This document shows, in pieces, positions 9,833 through 19,858 of a stretch of 64,000 nucleotides of DNA (position 1 is its first letter; each line of letters opens with the position of its first letter). Source of the DNA: a virus (Duplodnaviria; Caudoviricetes); the IMG/VR virus record IMGVR_UViG_3300031857_000001; one strand, 5' to 3'. The notes under the pieces were generated by a model. That model was not told the origin of the DNA. It saw only the letters and a list, made by a program, of their open reading frames with translations, and did no database searches. Made by a program: the position numbers and the translations under genes.

Positions 9833-9844
9833 AAAATTAAAATT

Positions 9845-10366
9845 ATGGAATGGTACATTGTAAGAGCACAAGCAAATCGTGAGAGAAAAGTCTCAGAAAG
9901 AATTTTAAAAGAAGCGGACAAAGGGGAACTCAATGGAGTAATCGGAAGAGTTGTGGTTCCAATGGAAAAGGTTTTCGCAACAAAAGATGGTAAAAAAACA
10001 CAACGAGAAAAAGTTCTATTTCCTGGTTACGTTTTTGTTGAAACATCTGCAATTGGAGAATTAAAACAAGTTGTTAAAAAAATTGACGGAGCGACAGGTT
10101 TGTTGTCTGATAGAGCTGGAAATATTCAAATCGTATCAGACCAAGAAGTAAACCGAATGATTGGTCTACACGAGGAAAACAAAACAAAAAGTTTTTCAGA
10201 CATATTCAGTGTTGGAGATGAAGTTACCGTAACTGAAGGTCCGTTCACATCCTTTAAGGGGAACATTGAATTTATTGATAAAGAAAAAGGTAAACTTAAA
10301 GTAAATGTTCTTATATTTGGCAGACCAACATCTGTTGAATTAGAGGACACCCAAGTAAGAAAATGA
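9845..10366 (+). CDS. nusG: Transcription termination/antitermination factor NusG
   Basis: WYIVRAQANRERKV, EKVLFPGYVFVE and KOW GDEVTVTEGPFTSFKG...LKVNVLIFGRPTSVEL. Confidence 0.95.
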   Translation: MEWYIVRAQANRERKVSERILKEADKGELNGVIGRVVVPMEKVFATKDGKKTQREKVLFPGYVFVETSAIGELKQVVKKIDGATGLLSDRAGNIQIVSDQEVNRMIGLHEENKTKSFSDIFSVGDEVTVTEGPFTSFKGNIEFIDKEKGKLKVNVLIFGRPTSVELEDTQVRK

Positions 10367-11052
10367 AAATAACACTCATCAGCGATACTCATAACAAACA
10401 CAAACAGGTAACAAGTTCTTTACCTGGCGGTGATTTATTGATTCATGCTGGTGATATATCATCAAGGGGTTATAAGCATGAAATCCAAGAATTCTGTAAG
10501 TGGTTTAACAGTTTGGATAATTATACTGTAAAGGTATTCATCGCTGGAAACCACGACTTTGGATTTCAAACAGAACCTAAAATGGCGAAAGAGATTGTTG
10601 GTTCCTACAAGTGGATTGATTATCTCCAAGATAATTTTTTGGGTTACGGAGTTGATACTGAAAATTATGTAAAAATTTATGGTAGTCCTTGGCAACCTGA
10701 ATTTAATGGTTGGGCGTTTAACCTACCAAAAGATGGGTGGGAACTTAAACAAGCTTGGGATGAAATACCGGATGATATTGATATACTTGTAACTCACGGG
10801 CCAGCATTTGGTTATTTGGATACAATTATGGGTCAGTATGATAATCTTGGATGTGAATTACTGACAAAGAGAATTAAAACAATTAAACCCAAAATTCATG
10901 TCTGCGGACATATACATTCGGGGTATGGTTATGTTTTTGATGGTGATACTCACTTCATTAATGCTTCCGTTTTAGATGAACAGTATCAATACACCCAAAA
11001 ACCACTAACAGTAGAATGGGACCCTGTAACGAATAAGTTGGAGTTTATTTAA
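10363..11052 (+). CDS. Calcineurin-like metallophosphoesterase (MPPED-like)
   Basis: ISDTH, HAGD, IAGNHD, THGP and CGHIH motifs. Confidence 0.93.
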   Translation: MKITLISDTHNKHKQVTSSLPGGDLLIHAGDISSRGYKHEIQEFCKWFNSLDNYTVKVFIAGNHDFGFQTEPKMAKEIVGSYKWIDYLQDNFLGYGVDTENYVKIYGSPWQPEFNGWAFNLPKDGWELKQAWDEIPDDIDILVTHGPAFGYLDTIMGQYDNLGCELLTKRIKTIKPKIHVCGHIHSGYGYVFDGDTHFINASVLDEQYQYTQKPLTVEWDPVTNKLEFI

Positions 11053-11056
11053 TTTG

Positions 11057-11084
11057 AAACCCGTCGAATTTGGCGGGTTTTTTT
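11057..11084 (+). terminator. Intrinsic terminator
   Basis: AAACCCGTC-GAATTT-GGCGGGTTT followed by a T-run. Confidence 0.75.
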
Positions 11085-11147
11085 ATTGGGGTAAAATTAT
11101 AGTAAATCGAAAAATTTTATCAAGAGTTTAATGATATTTATCAGAGT

Positions 11148-12740
11148 ATGGATAGAAAAATCAAAATACTCATTTCGTTGTCATTCGTCATAATGTTGGT
11201 GTTCTTCGTCGTTAAAACTGCGGTTTTAGTTGAACTTACCCCAAGCACAAGATTAACAAGAGGAACAGAATATGTTTGTTTTTTATTCTTTATCCCCGTT
11301 TTTTTCAGTTTGATTAGACACTACATTAAAACTAGTAGATTATATAATAAATTTAAAGAATTTGAGAAGTTTGTTGACACATCTGTATTAGTTAGTAAAG
11401 CCGATAAGAATGGTAAGATAACATATGTTAACAAAAAATTCAGTGAAGTATCTGGATGGAGCTTAGAAGAGGCCATTGGAAAAGACCACAAAATAGTTAA
11501 TTCAGGGTACCACCCCAAAGAGATGTGGCAAGAAATGTATAAAACCACAATCGTAGATAAACAAATTTGGAATAAAGTTGTAACCAATATTTCAAAAGAC
11601 GGACATTTATATTGGGTTGATTCATATATTAAAGCCGAGTTCAGAGGAAATGGAGAACTAAAAGGATTTACATCATTAAGGTATGATGTCTCAGATGTTA
11701 AGAAAAAAGAACTTGAGATTAGAAATAGAATGAATGCTATTAACCAATCCAATGCAGTTATTGAGTTTGATTTAACCGGTACTATAATGTATGCTAACAA
11801 AAATTTCTGTGATGTTATGGGATATGATATGGAAGAAATTACAGGAAAACACCACAGAATATTTTTAACTGAGGATTATTCAAATTCAGTTGAATACAAA
11901 GAATTTTGGGATAAGTTAAAGGGTGGTAATTTCATATCTGCTCAATTTACAAGGATTAAAAAGAATGGGGATGAAATTTGGTTACAAGCCACATATAACC
12001 CAATCTTTGATAATGATAATAAAGTTATCAGAATTATGAAAATAGCGATTGATATTACTGATAAAGTTTTACAATCCCAAGAGATAGAGAAGAAAAACAC
12101 TTATCTGGAACATGCTGCCAAGATATTAAGACACGATATGCACTCAGGTATTAACACTTATATGCCAAGAGGTTTAAGTTCTTTGGAAAGAAGATTGAAA
12201 GTTGAAGATATTGAAAATTTGAAAATCGAGGCTCCGATTAAAATGATTAAGGAGGGTTTAAGACACTCACAAAAGGTTTATAAAGGAGTTTATGAATTTA
12301 CAAATTTGGTTAAAAAAGATGTGGTGTTAAATAAAGCTGAATGTGATTTAAGAGAGATACTAAATGATTACTTATCATCAACGGCTTATCATAGTCAGGT
12401 TATAATTGAAGAGTTACCAACCATAGAAGTTAATGAAGCGTTGTTCTGTACGGCGATAGACAACTTAATTAGAAATGGATTGAAGTATAATGACTCAGAA
12501 TCAAAATTTGTAAAAATATATATGGAAGGTGATAACCTTATAGTCCAAGATAATGGAAGAGGTATTGACCAAGAAGATTTTGACCATTTATCAAAACCAT
12601 ATACAAGAAAAGAAGGACAAAAAGAATCAGGAACCGGACTCGGATTAAACATATGTGTTGCAATATTGCAAGAGCACAAGTTTTTGGTAAGATGTGAGAA
12701 AAATGAGATAGGAACTAAACTGAAAATAAAAATAAAATAA
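11148..12740 (+). CDS. Membrane PAS-PAS sensor histidine kinase
   Basis: Two N-terminal TM segments and two PAS/PAC domains. H-box ILRHDMH, N-box NLIRNGLKY, G1 QDNGRG and G2 GTGLGL. Confidence 0.93.
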   Translation: MDRKIKILISLSFVIMLVFFVVKTAVLVELTPSTRLTRGTEYVCFLFFIPVFFSLIRHYIKTSRLYNKFKEFEKFVDTSVLVSKADKNGKITYVNKKFSEVSGWSLEEAIGKDHKIVNSGYHPKEMWQEMYKTTIVDKQIWNKVVTNISKDGHLYWVDSYIKAEFRGNGELKGFTSLRYDVSDVKKKELEIRNRMNAINQSNAVIEFDLTGTIMYANKNFCDVMGYDMEEITGKHHRIFLTEDYSNSVEYKEFWDKLKGGNFISAQFTRIKKNGDEIWLQATYNPIFDNDNKVIRIMKIAIDITDKVLQSQEIEKKNTYLEHAAKILRHDMHSGINTYMPRGLSSLERRLKVEDIENLKIEAPIKMIKEGLRHSQKVYKGVYEFTNLVKKDVVLNKAECDLREILNDYLSSTAYHSQVIIEELPTIEVNEALFCTAIDNLIRNGLKYNDSESKFVKIYMEGDNLIVQDNGRGIDQEDFDHLSKPYTRKEGQKESGTGLGLNICVAILQEHKFLVRCEKNEIGTKLKIKIK

Positions 12741-12748
12741 AAAAAACT

Positions 12749-13180
12749 ATGATTGATTCTATTTTACTTGTAGATGACGAGGATTTATTCCATTTAGTGT
12801 TTGAGGACAGTTGTTCTCTTTTAGATATAACATTATCTTTAAAAAGTTTAAATAGTTCAGATGAAGCCGCCAAATTATTTGAAAAATGGCAATCAAACAA
12901 GGCAGATAAACCTGAATGTGTATTTGTTGACTTGAATATTATCGGGTCTTCATTTGATGGTATTGAGCTTATTAGAAAGATTAACTTTGAATATGGTAAT
13001 AATGTTGTAATCGGAATTATTTCATCTTCAAATGAACCTGAGGAGCAGGCAAAGGCAATTCAGTCAGGGGCTCAATTTTGGATTATAAAATCAGACGAGA
13101 TTGAACCAAGATTAGAGGAGTTTAAGAAAGATTATGAAGGTTACAAAAACAGAACCGCTCCGTTTAAAATTTACAAATGA
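12749..13180 (+). CDS. Single-domain response regulator (receiver)
   Basis: ILLVDD, phosphoacceptor FVDLN, ISSS, and GAQFWIIK. Confidence 0.9.
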   Translation: MIDSILLVDDEDLFHLVFEDSCSLLDITLSLKSLNSSDEAAKLFEKWQSNKADKPECVFVDLNIIGSSFDGIELIRKINFEYGNNVVIGIISSSNEPEEQAKAIQSGAQFWIIKSDEIEPRLEEFKKDYEGYKNRTAPFKIYK

Positions 13181-13866
13181 TAAAATTAACCCCTGAAATA
13201 CAGAAAGAATTAATTACCTTATCCGAAAACAAAAACTTATTTTTGGAAGGGAATATTGTTAAGGTAATTAATTCTGATGGGGATGATGATTTTAAAGAAT
13301 ACCTTAAAAAGTGTGGGGAAAAGGATGTTGCAAATAGAAAAAAGAGACTTGATATAACCAAACAAATCCAAACCCAAAATAAAGAATTATCTGATTTAAA
13401 CTCCCAAAACCAAAAAATATTAGAAGAACTCCAAACTACATTAAAGGAAGTAGAAGAATCCAAATTAACATTTGAAGTTCAAAACAGAGAACTAAACGAG
13501 TGGAAACTGGATAATTTGAGGTTAACGGAAGAATTAAAGGTGGAGATGGTTAAATCCGAACAAGCAAGGGTTGAGGCTGAAAAGGCAAAACAACATGCCG
13601 AAAATGATTTGGATGTGTTACAAAAGAAAACTCAATTTGAGTTAATAAATACAATTGTAAGAGTTGCGTTGATTGTAATTATTGGAGTTGGGATAGTTAC
13701 CACGGCATTATATTCTGTGGCATTATTCACAGGTCAAGATACACAAATAATTGGGTCAACTTGGAGCAATATGTTTGGTATATTATTAACAAACGCATTT
13801 AGTATTGTCGGAACAATAATGGGTGTTAAGTACGCATCTGAAAAGCCAAAAAAAGGGGGTCAATGA
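13177..13866 (+). CDS. Coiled-coil protein with two C-terminal TM helices (third gene of TCS operon)
   Basis: ATGA overlap with the regulator. Long heptad region followed by two hydrophobic segments. Confidence 0.8.
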   Translation: MIKLTPEIQKELITLSENKNLFLEGNIVKVINSDGDDDFKEYLKKCGEKDVANRKKRLDITKQIQTQNKELSDLNSQNQKILEELQTTLKEVEESKLTFEVQNRELNEWKLDNLRLTEELKVEMVKSEQARVEAEKAKQHAENDLDVLQKKTQFELINTIVRVALIVIIGVGIVTTALYSVALFTGQDTQIIGSTWSNMFGILLTNAFSIVGTIMGVKYASEKPKKGGQ

Positions 13867-13877
13867 CCCCCCATTTT
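13851..13877. terminator. Bidirectional terminator
   Basis: AAAA-GGGGGTCA-A-TGACCCCC-CATTTT between convergent genes. Confidence 0.7.
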
Positions 13878-13880
13878 CAT

Positions 13881-14738
13881 TTAAAATTTCTGTAAATCAC
13901 CATAATTCATGTGTAATTCAGCATGTTCATCTTTCATCATTTGGTAAGCTCTTGCAAGACGAGTCAAACCGATACCACCACCAAATCTTTTAAAGAATTT
14001 GTGAGATAAAAACTCCTCAAGTTCCTTCTCAACTCGCTCTTTTCCAAATAATTCAAACAATTTGTTAGAATATCCGCCATTTTCGATGGTATAAAACATT
14101 TCTCTCATTTCATCAACGTCACAACTTCTTTCAGCAGAGCCAATAGTTTCTTGACCATAAAGAATAACATCAATTTTGTTAAATTTGTCATTCTGACCTG
14201 ACTTCATATTCCAAAATGGGTTAGTCCTGAGTGGGAAATTTTGTAGAGATACAACACAACCTTTTTCTTTCCACATTCTTGACTCATGTTCGTTTTCCAA
14301 AATCTTAACTCCACCGTATTCGCTACAAACATCATCGTAATTTACTTCGACTGGGGTGTCAAAACCTAAAAACGTTAAAAGTTCCAATTCCAATCTTTTT
14401 AATTCTTCCATTCCACCTTTTGATTCAAACTCAAACATGGGAAAGATTAATTCGTGACGACCAGGGATTGGGTCTTTTTCTTGACGATAAGAAGTTGAGA
14501 TACAGAACACACCTGGCCACTCAGGATTCTTTAATAGTTCATACTCCAACCACATCTGACCTGTTTGGGGTAACGGCCAAATCTCACCTTTATACTCAAA
14601 TGTGGTGATTGAGTGTGGATTCTCACATGCCGCAAGAATTGATAGTCTTGATTGAGTAGGAACCTCAATAAAACCTTTGTTTAGGAAAAAAGTCCTCATT
14701 TTTTGGACCAACTCGTGATAAATTTTTGTGTTTTTCAT
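13881..14738 (-). CDS. Class IIb aminoacyl-tRNA synthetase-like catalytic domain (AsnRS2/asparagine synthetase-like)
   Basis: Motif 2 SYRQE...GRH..IFPMFEFE and motif 3 GGGIGLTRL. At 285 aa it has no OB-fold anticodon-binding domain. Confidence 0.8.
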   Translation of the reverse strand: MKNTKIYHELVQKMRTFFLNKGFIEVPTQSRLSILAACENPHSITTFEYKGEIWPLPQTGQMWLEYELLKNPEWPGVFCISTSYRQEKDPIPGRHELIFPMFEFESKGGMEELKRLELELLTFLGFDTPVEVNYDDVCSEYGGVKILENEHESRMWKEKGCVVSLQNFPLRTNPFWNMKSGQNDKFNKIDVILYGQETIGSAERSCDVDEMREMFYTIENGGYSNKLFELFGKERVEKELEEFLSHKFFKRFGGGIGLTRLARAYQMMKDEHAELHMNYGDLQKF

Positions 14739-14882
14739 ATAACTTTTGGGTAAAAAAAAACCTCCCGAAGGAGGTTTACGTTTATTTATTATTTATTAAA
14801 TTGTTTATCATTTTGATATAAATACGGCACAAAGTTGAAAAATAAATAGGTTTTTTAATTTTTTTTTGTAGTATTTATAGAT

Positions 14883-15923
14883 ATGAAAGTTTTATTGTCT
14901 GAAGAACAGTTAAAAACATTAATTAAGGAGGATTTGGGGGTGTCAAGGGCATCTTTGGCTTATGCTAATTTAATTTATCAAACATTAGAATCAAAAGCGG
15001 TTGAATTCATGGAATTAAGAAATGAATCTCAAGAAAAAATTGTTATCAGTTTACAAGATATGTCAAGAATTTATCAATCCAGTATGGATGACTATATTGA
15101 GTTACCTGTTGAAAAAATCGAGATTAATTTTATTTGTAGTAAGATTCCGAAAGGTAATAAAAATATTAAATTCACATCAGGAGGTGGTTTTGAATCAATA
15201 GACAAAAAATCTTTTGGTGGTTCTTATTTAAAAGAACCGTCATTAGAATTACCAAAATATGTTTTAGAGGAAGTTACACAAACTTTAGTTGCTAAATTTA
15301 GTTTGTATTTCAAATTGAGTTCAGATTTTAGTGACGAATTTAAAGATAAGGCACTATATGATTTGAGAGATACGATAATACATGAATGTAACCATCTTTT
15401 TGAAAGTTATAAAAGAGCCGAGTCAGGAGCAAAACAATTCAACGTTTCTTTAAGCTGGGTAGGGGGTAAAAATTATAATGTTAATAGAGAAATATTCAAA
15501 ATCTGGCAAGAATTTCTTGATATGATTTATTATTCAGAGCCATATGAAATAAATGCCAAATCACAAGAAGCGGTAAGTCAAACATCTATCATGTCATTCG
15601 ATGAATTCAAAAAAACCAAATTTTGGCAAGATTCATCAGTTATGAAAAATTTTAACTCAGAATTATATATTGATAAATTATTGAGTAAAATTCAAGAAGT
15701 AAATCCTGAAAAAACCATATCTATCTTAAATAATCTATATAAATGGTTCATGACGGATTATTATAAATGGATGAAAGTTCATGGTGAGTCTCCTGCCAGA
15801 TACATTGAAAAAACAACAGGGTTGTTTGACTTAGTTAAGAAGTTTAAAAGTAGAATTAACAAAGCTGGTGACAAATTACAGAGAAATTACATGAGACTGT
15901 ATACTTTGGACCTCGAAAAATAA
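14883..15923 (+). CDS. Late protein with N-terminal LSE/IKE motif and HExxH
   Basis: MKVLLSEEQLKTLIKE, IIHECNH, and EPYEINA. TATTTAT lies 4 nt upstream. Confidence 0.75.
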   Translation: MKVLLSEEQLKTLIKEDLGVSRASLAYANLIYQTLESKAVEFMELRNESQEKIVISLQDMSRIYQSSMDDYIELPVEKIEINFICSKIPKGNKNIKFTSGGGFESIDKKSFGGSYLKEPSLELPKYVLEEVTQTLVAKFSLYFKLSSDFSDEFKDKALYDLRDTIIHECNHLFESYKRAESGAKQFNVSLSWVGGKNYNVNREIFKIWQEFLDMIYYSEPYEINAKSQEAVSQTSIMSFDEFKKTKFWQDSSVMKNFNSELYIDKLLSKIQEVNPEKTISILNNLYKWFMTDYYKWMKVHGESPARYIEKTTGLFDLVKKFKSRINKAGDKLQRNYMRLYTLDLEK

Positions 15924-15948
15924 TCACATTGTCATATAATTTAATGAT

Positions 15949-15983
15949 AAACTGACATTTTGTCAGTTTTTTTGTTTTGGCAC
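15949..15983 (+). promoter_or_regulatory. Palindromic operator plus TGGCAC box upstream of dnaK
   Basis: AAACTGACA-TTT-TGTCAGTTT perfect inverted repeat, then TGGCAC at 15978. Confidence 0.45.
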
Positions 15984-16067
15984 ATTAATTAATAATGTAG
16001 ATTCGGAGTTGACTCCATAAAAGTTTTTTAATATACTTTAAAAAAAATAAAAATAATTTTTTAAACT

Positions 16068-17945
16068 ATGGGTAAAATTATAGGTATTGATTTAGGAACA
16101 ACAAATTCGTGTGTTGCCGTTATGGAAAATGGTGAACCTGTTGTGATTACAAACAGTGAAGGAAAAAGAACCACCCCTTCGATTGTTGGTTTTTCAAATG
16201 GTGGTGAGAGAAAGGTTGGTGACCCGGCAAAACGTCAAGCGGTTACAAATCCTGATAAAACAGTTTACTCTATTAAGCGTTTTATGGGTGCAAGCTTTGA
16301 TGAAAGTAAAAAAGAAATCAAGCGTGTTCCTTATAAAGTGGTTAAGGGTGAAGGTAACACTCCTCGTGTTCAAATTGAGGATAAGAAGTATTCTGCTCAG
16401 GAAATCTCGGCGATGGTTCTTCAGAAAATGAAGCAAACTGCTGAAGATTATTTGGGGGAAACTGTGACCGATGCGGTTATTACAGTACCCGCGTATTTCA
16501 ATGATGCTCAACGTCAAGCAACAAAAGAAGCTGGTGAAATTGCGGGTCTAACTGTTAAACGTATCATCAACGAACCAACCGCAGCTGCACTTGCCTATGG
16601 TCTTGACAAAAAAGGTCAGGATATGAAAGTTGTTGTGTTCGACTGTGGTGGTGGTACTCATGACGTATCAGTTCTTGAACTTGGTGACGGCGTATTTGAA
16701 GTTTTGTCAACTGACGGTGATACTCACCTCGGTGGTGATGACTTTGACCAAGCAATTATTGATTGGTTGGCAAAAGAGTTCCAAGATGAAAATGGAGTTG
16801 ATTTGACAAAAGACCCGATGGCTCTTCAGCGTCTTCGTGAAGGTGCTGAAAAGGCAAAGATTGAATTGTCATCTTCACCATCAACAGAAGTCAATCTACC
16901 TTACATTATGCCGGTAGATGGTATGCCAAAACACTTGGTTCGTACATTGACAAAGGCTAAGTTCGAGCAGTTGGTTGATAGTTTGGTACAACGTACAATT
17001 GCACCATGTAAATCAGCTTTGAAGAACGCAGGTTTGAAACCAAAAGACATCGATGAAGTTATCTTGGTTGGAGGTTCGACTAGAATTCCGGCAATCCAAG
17101 AGGCTGTTAAAAAGTTCTTCGGTAAAGAACCATCAAAAGGAGTTAACCCTGATGAAGTTGTTGCGCTTGGTGCGGCAATTCAAGGAGGAGTACTCGCAGG
17201 TGATGTAAAAGACGTATTGTTGTTGGATGTAACACCACTTTCACTTGGTATTGAAACAATGGGTGGAGTTTTCACAAAACTTATTGAGTCTAACACAACA
17301 ATTCCGACTAAAAAGTCACAAATTTTCTCAACGGCAGTTGATAACCAACCATCAGTAGAAATTCACGTTCTACAGGGAGAAAGAGCAATGGCTCAAGACA
17401 ATAGAACAATTGGTCGTTTCTTCCTTGATGGACTTCCAACGGCAATGAGAGGAGTTCCACAAATCGAAGTAACTTTTGACATCGATGCAAACGGTATCAT
17501 TAATGTTTCTGCCAAAGACAAAGCGACTGACAAAGAACAATCAATCCGTATCGAAAGTTCAACTGGACTTTCTAAGGAGGAAATTGAACAAATGAAGCGT
17601 GACGCTGAGTTAAATGCTGAGTCAGACGCTAAAGCTCGTGAAAATGTTGACATTATGAATCAAGGAGATTCAATGGCATTCCAAACTGAAAAGACTTTAA
17701 AAGATTTGGATGAGAAAATGACCGATGAGCAAAAAACTCAACTATCTGAGGCCTTATCCGAATTAAAAACCGCTTTGGAAGAAAAGGAAGTTGAGAAAGT
17801 TAGAGACGCGACGGCAAAAGTTGCAATAACCTCTCAAACAATCACTCAATCAATTTATAGTCAGACCGCTTCTGAAGGTACTGGTGACGAACCTACTAAT
17901 GAAGAAGTATCTGATGTAGATTTTGAGGAAGTTGAACCTAAGTAA
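16068..17945 (+). CDS. dnaK: Chaperone DnaK (Hsp70)
   Basis: [34 protein letters not shown] and [14 protein letters not shown]. Full length. Confidence 0.99.
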   Translation: MGKIIGIDLGTTNSCVAVMENGEPVVITNSEGKRTTPSIVGFSNGGERKVGDPAKRQAVTNPDKTVYSIKRFMGASFDESKKEIKRVPYKVVKGEGNTPRVQIEDKKYSAQEISAMVLQKMKQTAEDYLGETVTDAVITVPAYFNDAQRQATKEAGEIAGLTVKRIINEPTAAALAYGLDKKGQDMKVVVFDCGGGTHDVSVLELGDGVFEVLSTDGDTHLGGDDFDQAIIDWLAKEFQDENGVDLTKDPMALQRLREGAEKAKIELSSSPSTEVNLPYIMPVDGMPKHLVRTLTKAKFEQLVDSLVQRTIAPCKSALKNAGLKPKDIDEVILVGGSTRIPAIQEAVKKFFGKEPSKGVNPDEVVALGAAIQGGVLAGDVKDVLLLDVTPLSLGIETMGGVFTKLIESNTTIPTKKSQIFSTAVDNQPSVEIHVLQGERAMAQDNRTIGRFFLDGLPTAMRGVPQIEVTFDIDANGIINVSAKDKATDKEQSIRIESSTGLSKEEIEQMKRDAELNAESDAKARENVDIMNQGDSMAFQTEKTLKDLDEKMTDEQKTQLSEALSELKTALEEKEVEKVRDATAKVAITSQTITQSIYSQTASEGTGDEPTNEEVSDVDFEEVEPK

Positions 17946-17960
17946 TCGTAGAAAAATGTT

Positions 17961-17987
17961 AAAATCCCCACCTAAGTGGGGATTTTT
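17961..17987 (+). terminator. Intrinsic terminator after dnaK
   Basis: AAAATCCCCAC-CTAA-GTGGGGATTTT. Confidence 0.85.
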
Positions 17988-18002
17988 GTTTATATTTGTA
18001 CT

Positions 18003-18143
18003 ATGAATAAAATAACAAGAAAATACGAAACCGAGGACACAATCTCAATTTGGACTTATGACTTGGATAAATTCAAGAATGGTCCGATATCGGTTGAGAT
18101 AATCGATAAGAAGCCCGAACCTGTTAAGAAAAAACGAAAATAA
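18003..18143 (+). CDS. Small hypothetical protein (46 aa, leaderless; not in ORF track)
   Basis: MNKITRKYETEDTISIWTYDLDKFKNGPISVEII... ATG lies 4 nt after TATATTTG, and a terminator follows. Confidence 0.6.
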   Translation: MNKITRKYETEDTISIWTYDLDKFKNGPISVEIIDKKPEPVKKKRK

Positions 18144-18171
18144 AAAACCCCACTTAAAGGTGGGGTTAATT

Positions 18172-18453
18172 TTATTCGGAATCCTCTTCTTTCTTTTTTC
18201 CTCGTCTTGCTGTGAATTTATCCACACTAGCCAAACCTAAACAACCAAACGCCAATAAAGCAACTGCGTCGACCAAATATTCGGCGGGAGCAACATCCAC
18301 AGTTGAAAAGCTATTGTGATACATAGTTAGACACAACGCAACCGCGCATCCCATACCAACAATTCTTTTTGATGATGGATTACCTTTCTCATCGTTAAAA
18401 ATACCTTTCAACCATAGAATGGCTTCAACAAATAAAGCAACAATTTTTTTCAT
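18172..18453 (-). CDS. Two-TM membrane protein (SSKR motif, holin-like)
   Basis: PSSKR followed by two hydrophobic helices and a basic C-terminus. Confidence 0.7.
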   Translation of the reverse strand: MKKIVALFVEAILWLKGIFNDEKGNPSSKRIVGMGCAVALCLTMYHNSFSTVDVAPAEYLVDAVALLAFGCLGLASVDKFTARRGKKKEEDSE

Positions 18454-18474
18454 TTTTTCAGTTTTAGTTTTAGT

Positions 18475-18603
18475 TTATTTTCTTCCTTGACCTTTGTAAG
18501 CTTTGGGTTTCTCTTCTTTTGGACCATACTTTCTTTTAGATTTTCCTTTTTTACGAGTACCAAAAGTTTCTTTAGACCCAACAGCACTACCTGATTTTGC
18601 CAT
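18475..18603 (-). CDS. Small very basic protein (42 aa; not in ORF track)
   Basis: MAKSGSAVGSKETFGTRKKGKSKRKYGPKEEKPKAYKGQGRK, with a late TATTTAT motif upstream (18636-18642, minus). Confidence 0.65.
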   Translation of the reverse strand: MAKSGSAVGSKETFGTRKKGKSKRKYGPKEEKPKAYKGQGRK

Positions 18604-18727
18604 AATTTTTATTTTTTAGATAATTTATTTATTATATAAATATTCGGGCAACAAAAAAGGGGACAGTAGCGAACTTCCCCTTTTCCTGTTATGTAACATA
18701 ACGGTCCTAAGACTCCTCTTTCGAGGT

Positions 18728-19258
18728 TTATTTTCCTTTAACTAAGACTAAACATCTCTTTAAATATTCCTTTGCTCTCGGAGATGGAGTATATTCATCA
18801 TCCTTAGTTTGAAGTGCTAGAACCCTTTCAATGTCCTTAACTAATTCGGTTCCATGTTCATTTTCCTTATAAAGTTCAATAACCTTATCCATTGCTTTAT
18901 GACATTCACCAGATGTTTCGTCATAGTAGTTTTTGTTTCTGAACTTATTTAAATTATTCATCATTTCATATGATAAATGAGCTCCACCATCAGTGATATC
19001 TTTAAACAATCTCAAATTATTTAAAATACCTAAAGTATCAACCATTGAATTAACACCTCTTTTTCTTTTTGTCACTCCTGGAGAATATAAATCATAATCA
19101 CCGGCTTCACCAACAAGTTCAGTTAATGGAATAGAATTGGTGGTCATACATTTTGGTTTAGATTCTTGAGTTTCTTTAGAATCCATTCCCATTTCTTCTA
19201 TCAGGTGTTGTCTGATTATTTTTCTAAGTTCACCTTCGTTTATCGTAATTCTTTTCAT
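18728..19258 (-). CDS. Putative virion/internal head protein
   Basis: N-terminus MKRITINEGELRKIIRQHLIEE. Late motif upstream. Confidence 0.7.
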   Translation of the reverse strand: MKRITINEGELRKIIRQHLIEEMGMDSKETQESKPKCMTTNSIPLTELVGEAGDYDLYSPGVTKRKRGVNSMVDTLGILNNLRLFKDITDGGAHLSYEMMNNLNKFRNKNYYDETSGECHKAMDKVIELYKENEHGTELVKDIERVLALQTKDDEYTPSPRAKEYLKRCLVLVKGK

Positions 19259-19367
19259 GACAATTTTATTTATAAATATTATTTGACTGTGAATTATTCT
19301 TCGATAACAATATTTATATTAAAAGTATTTTAGACTCGTTCTATAAAAAGTAAATTATAAACCATGA

Positions 19368-19592
19368 GTGATGGAGATAGTAAAATCAACTTGGAGGAAA
19401 ATTTTTGTGGGGAACCTATCGGTAAAGTTTTTGATGTTGGGAATGTTCTTCAACCCTTTCGGTTTCGATTTGGTTCAATATCAACTTATTTTACTAACAG
19501 GAAATTTGTGGAACGCAAATTTAGTTTTGTATTTTATTTCGGCCTTTTTCTTTGGTCTATCTTTTTTATCTCAAAAATTTTCATCTAAATAA
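19368..19592 (+). CDS. Small membrane protein
   Basis: Two hydrophobic segments. Late motif upstream. Confidence 0.6.
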   Translation: MMEIVKSTWRKIFVGNLSVKFLMLGMFFNPFGFDLVQYQLILLTGNLWNANLVLYFISAFFFGLSFLSQKFSSK

Positions 19593-19593
19593 A

Positions 19594-19806
19594 TTAACTA
19601 TTTTCTGATTCATCATTAGATTCGGAAACATTATTTGGTATGATTTGTTGTAACCAAATGTCAAAAATTAAATAATAAATCCACCATGTGATATTGTCTA
19701 ATGGGTGTTGTTGGGGGTTTATTGAATTCATAATTAAACCACCAACTACTCTATAACATACGTATAATCTAATTACAACTAGAAATATCATCAAAAATTT
19801 TTTCAT
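19594..19806 (-). CDS. Small membrane protein
   Basis: Hydrophobic N-terminus. A minus-strand TATATTTG-like promoter lies upstream. Confidence 0.55.
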   Translation of the reverse strand: MKKFLMIFLVVIRLYVCYRVVGGLIMNSINPQQHPLDNITWWIYYLIFDIWLQQIIPNNVSESNDESENS

Positions 19807-19858
19807 AGGAAATTTATTTGATACAAATATAGGGATATTTATTTAAAAAACATACCAC

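Noticed and set aside
16156-17653. Several alternative-frame and antisense ORFs inside dnaK, and similar ones inside the kinase, portal, scaffold and guaC genes
   Set aside because: Shadow ORFs produced by codon bias of the real genes, with no start context or motifs.
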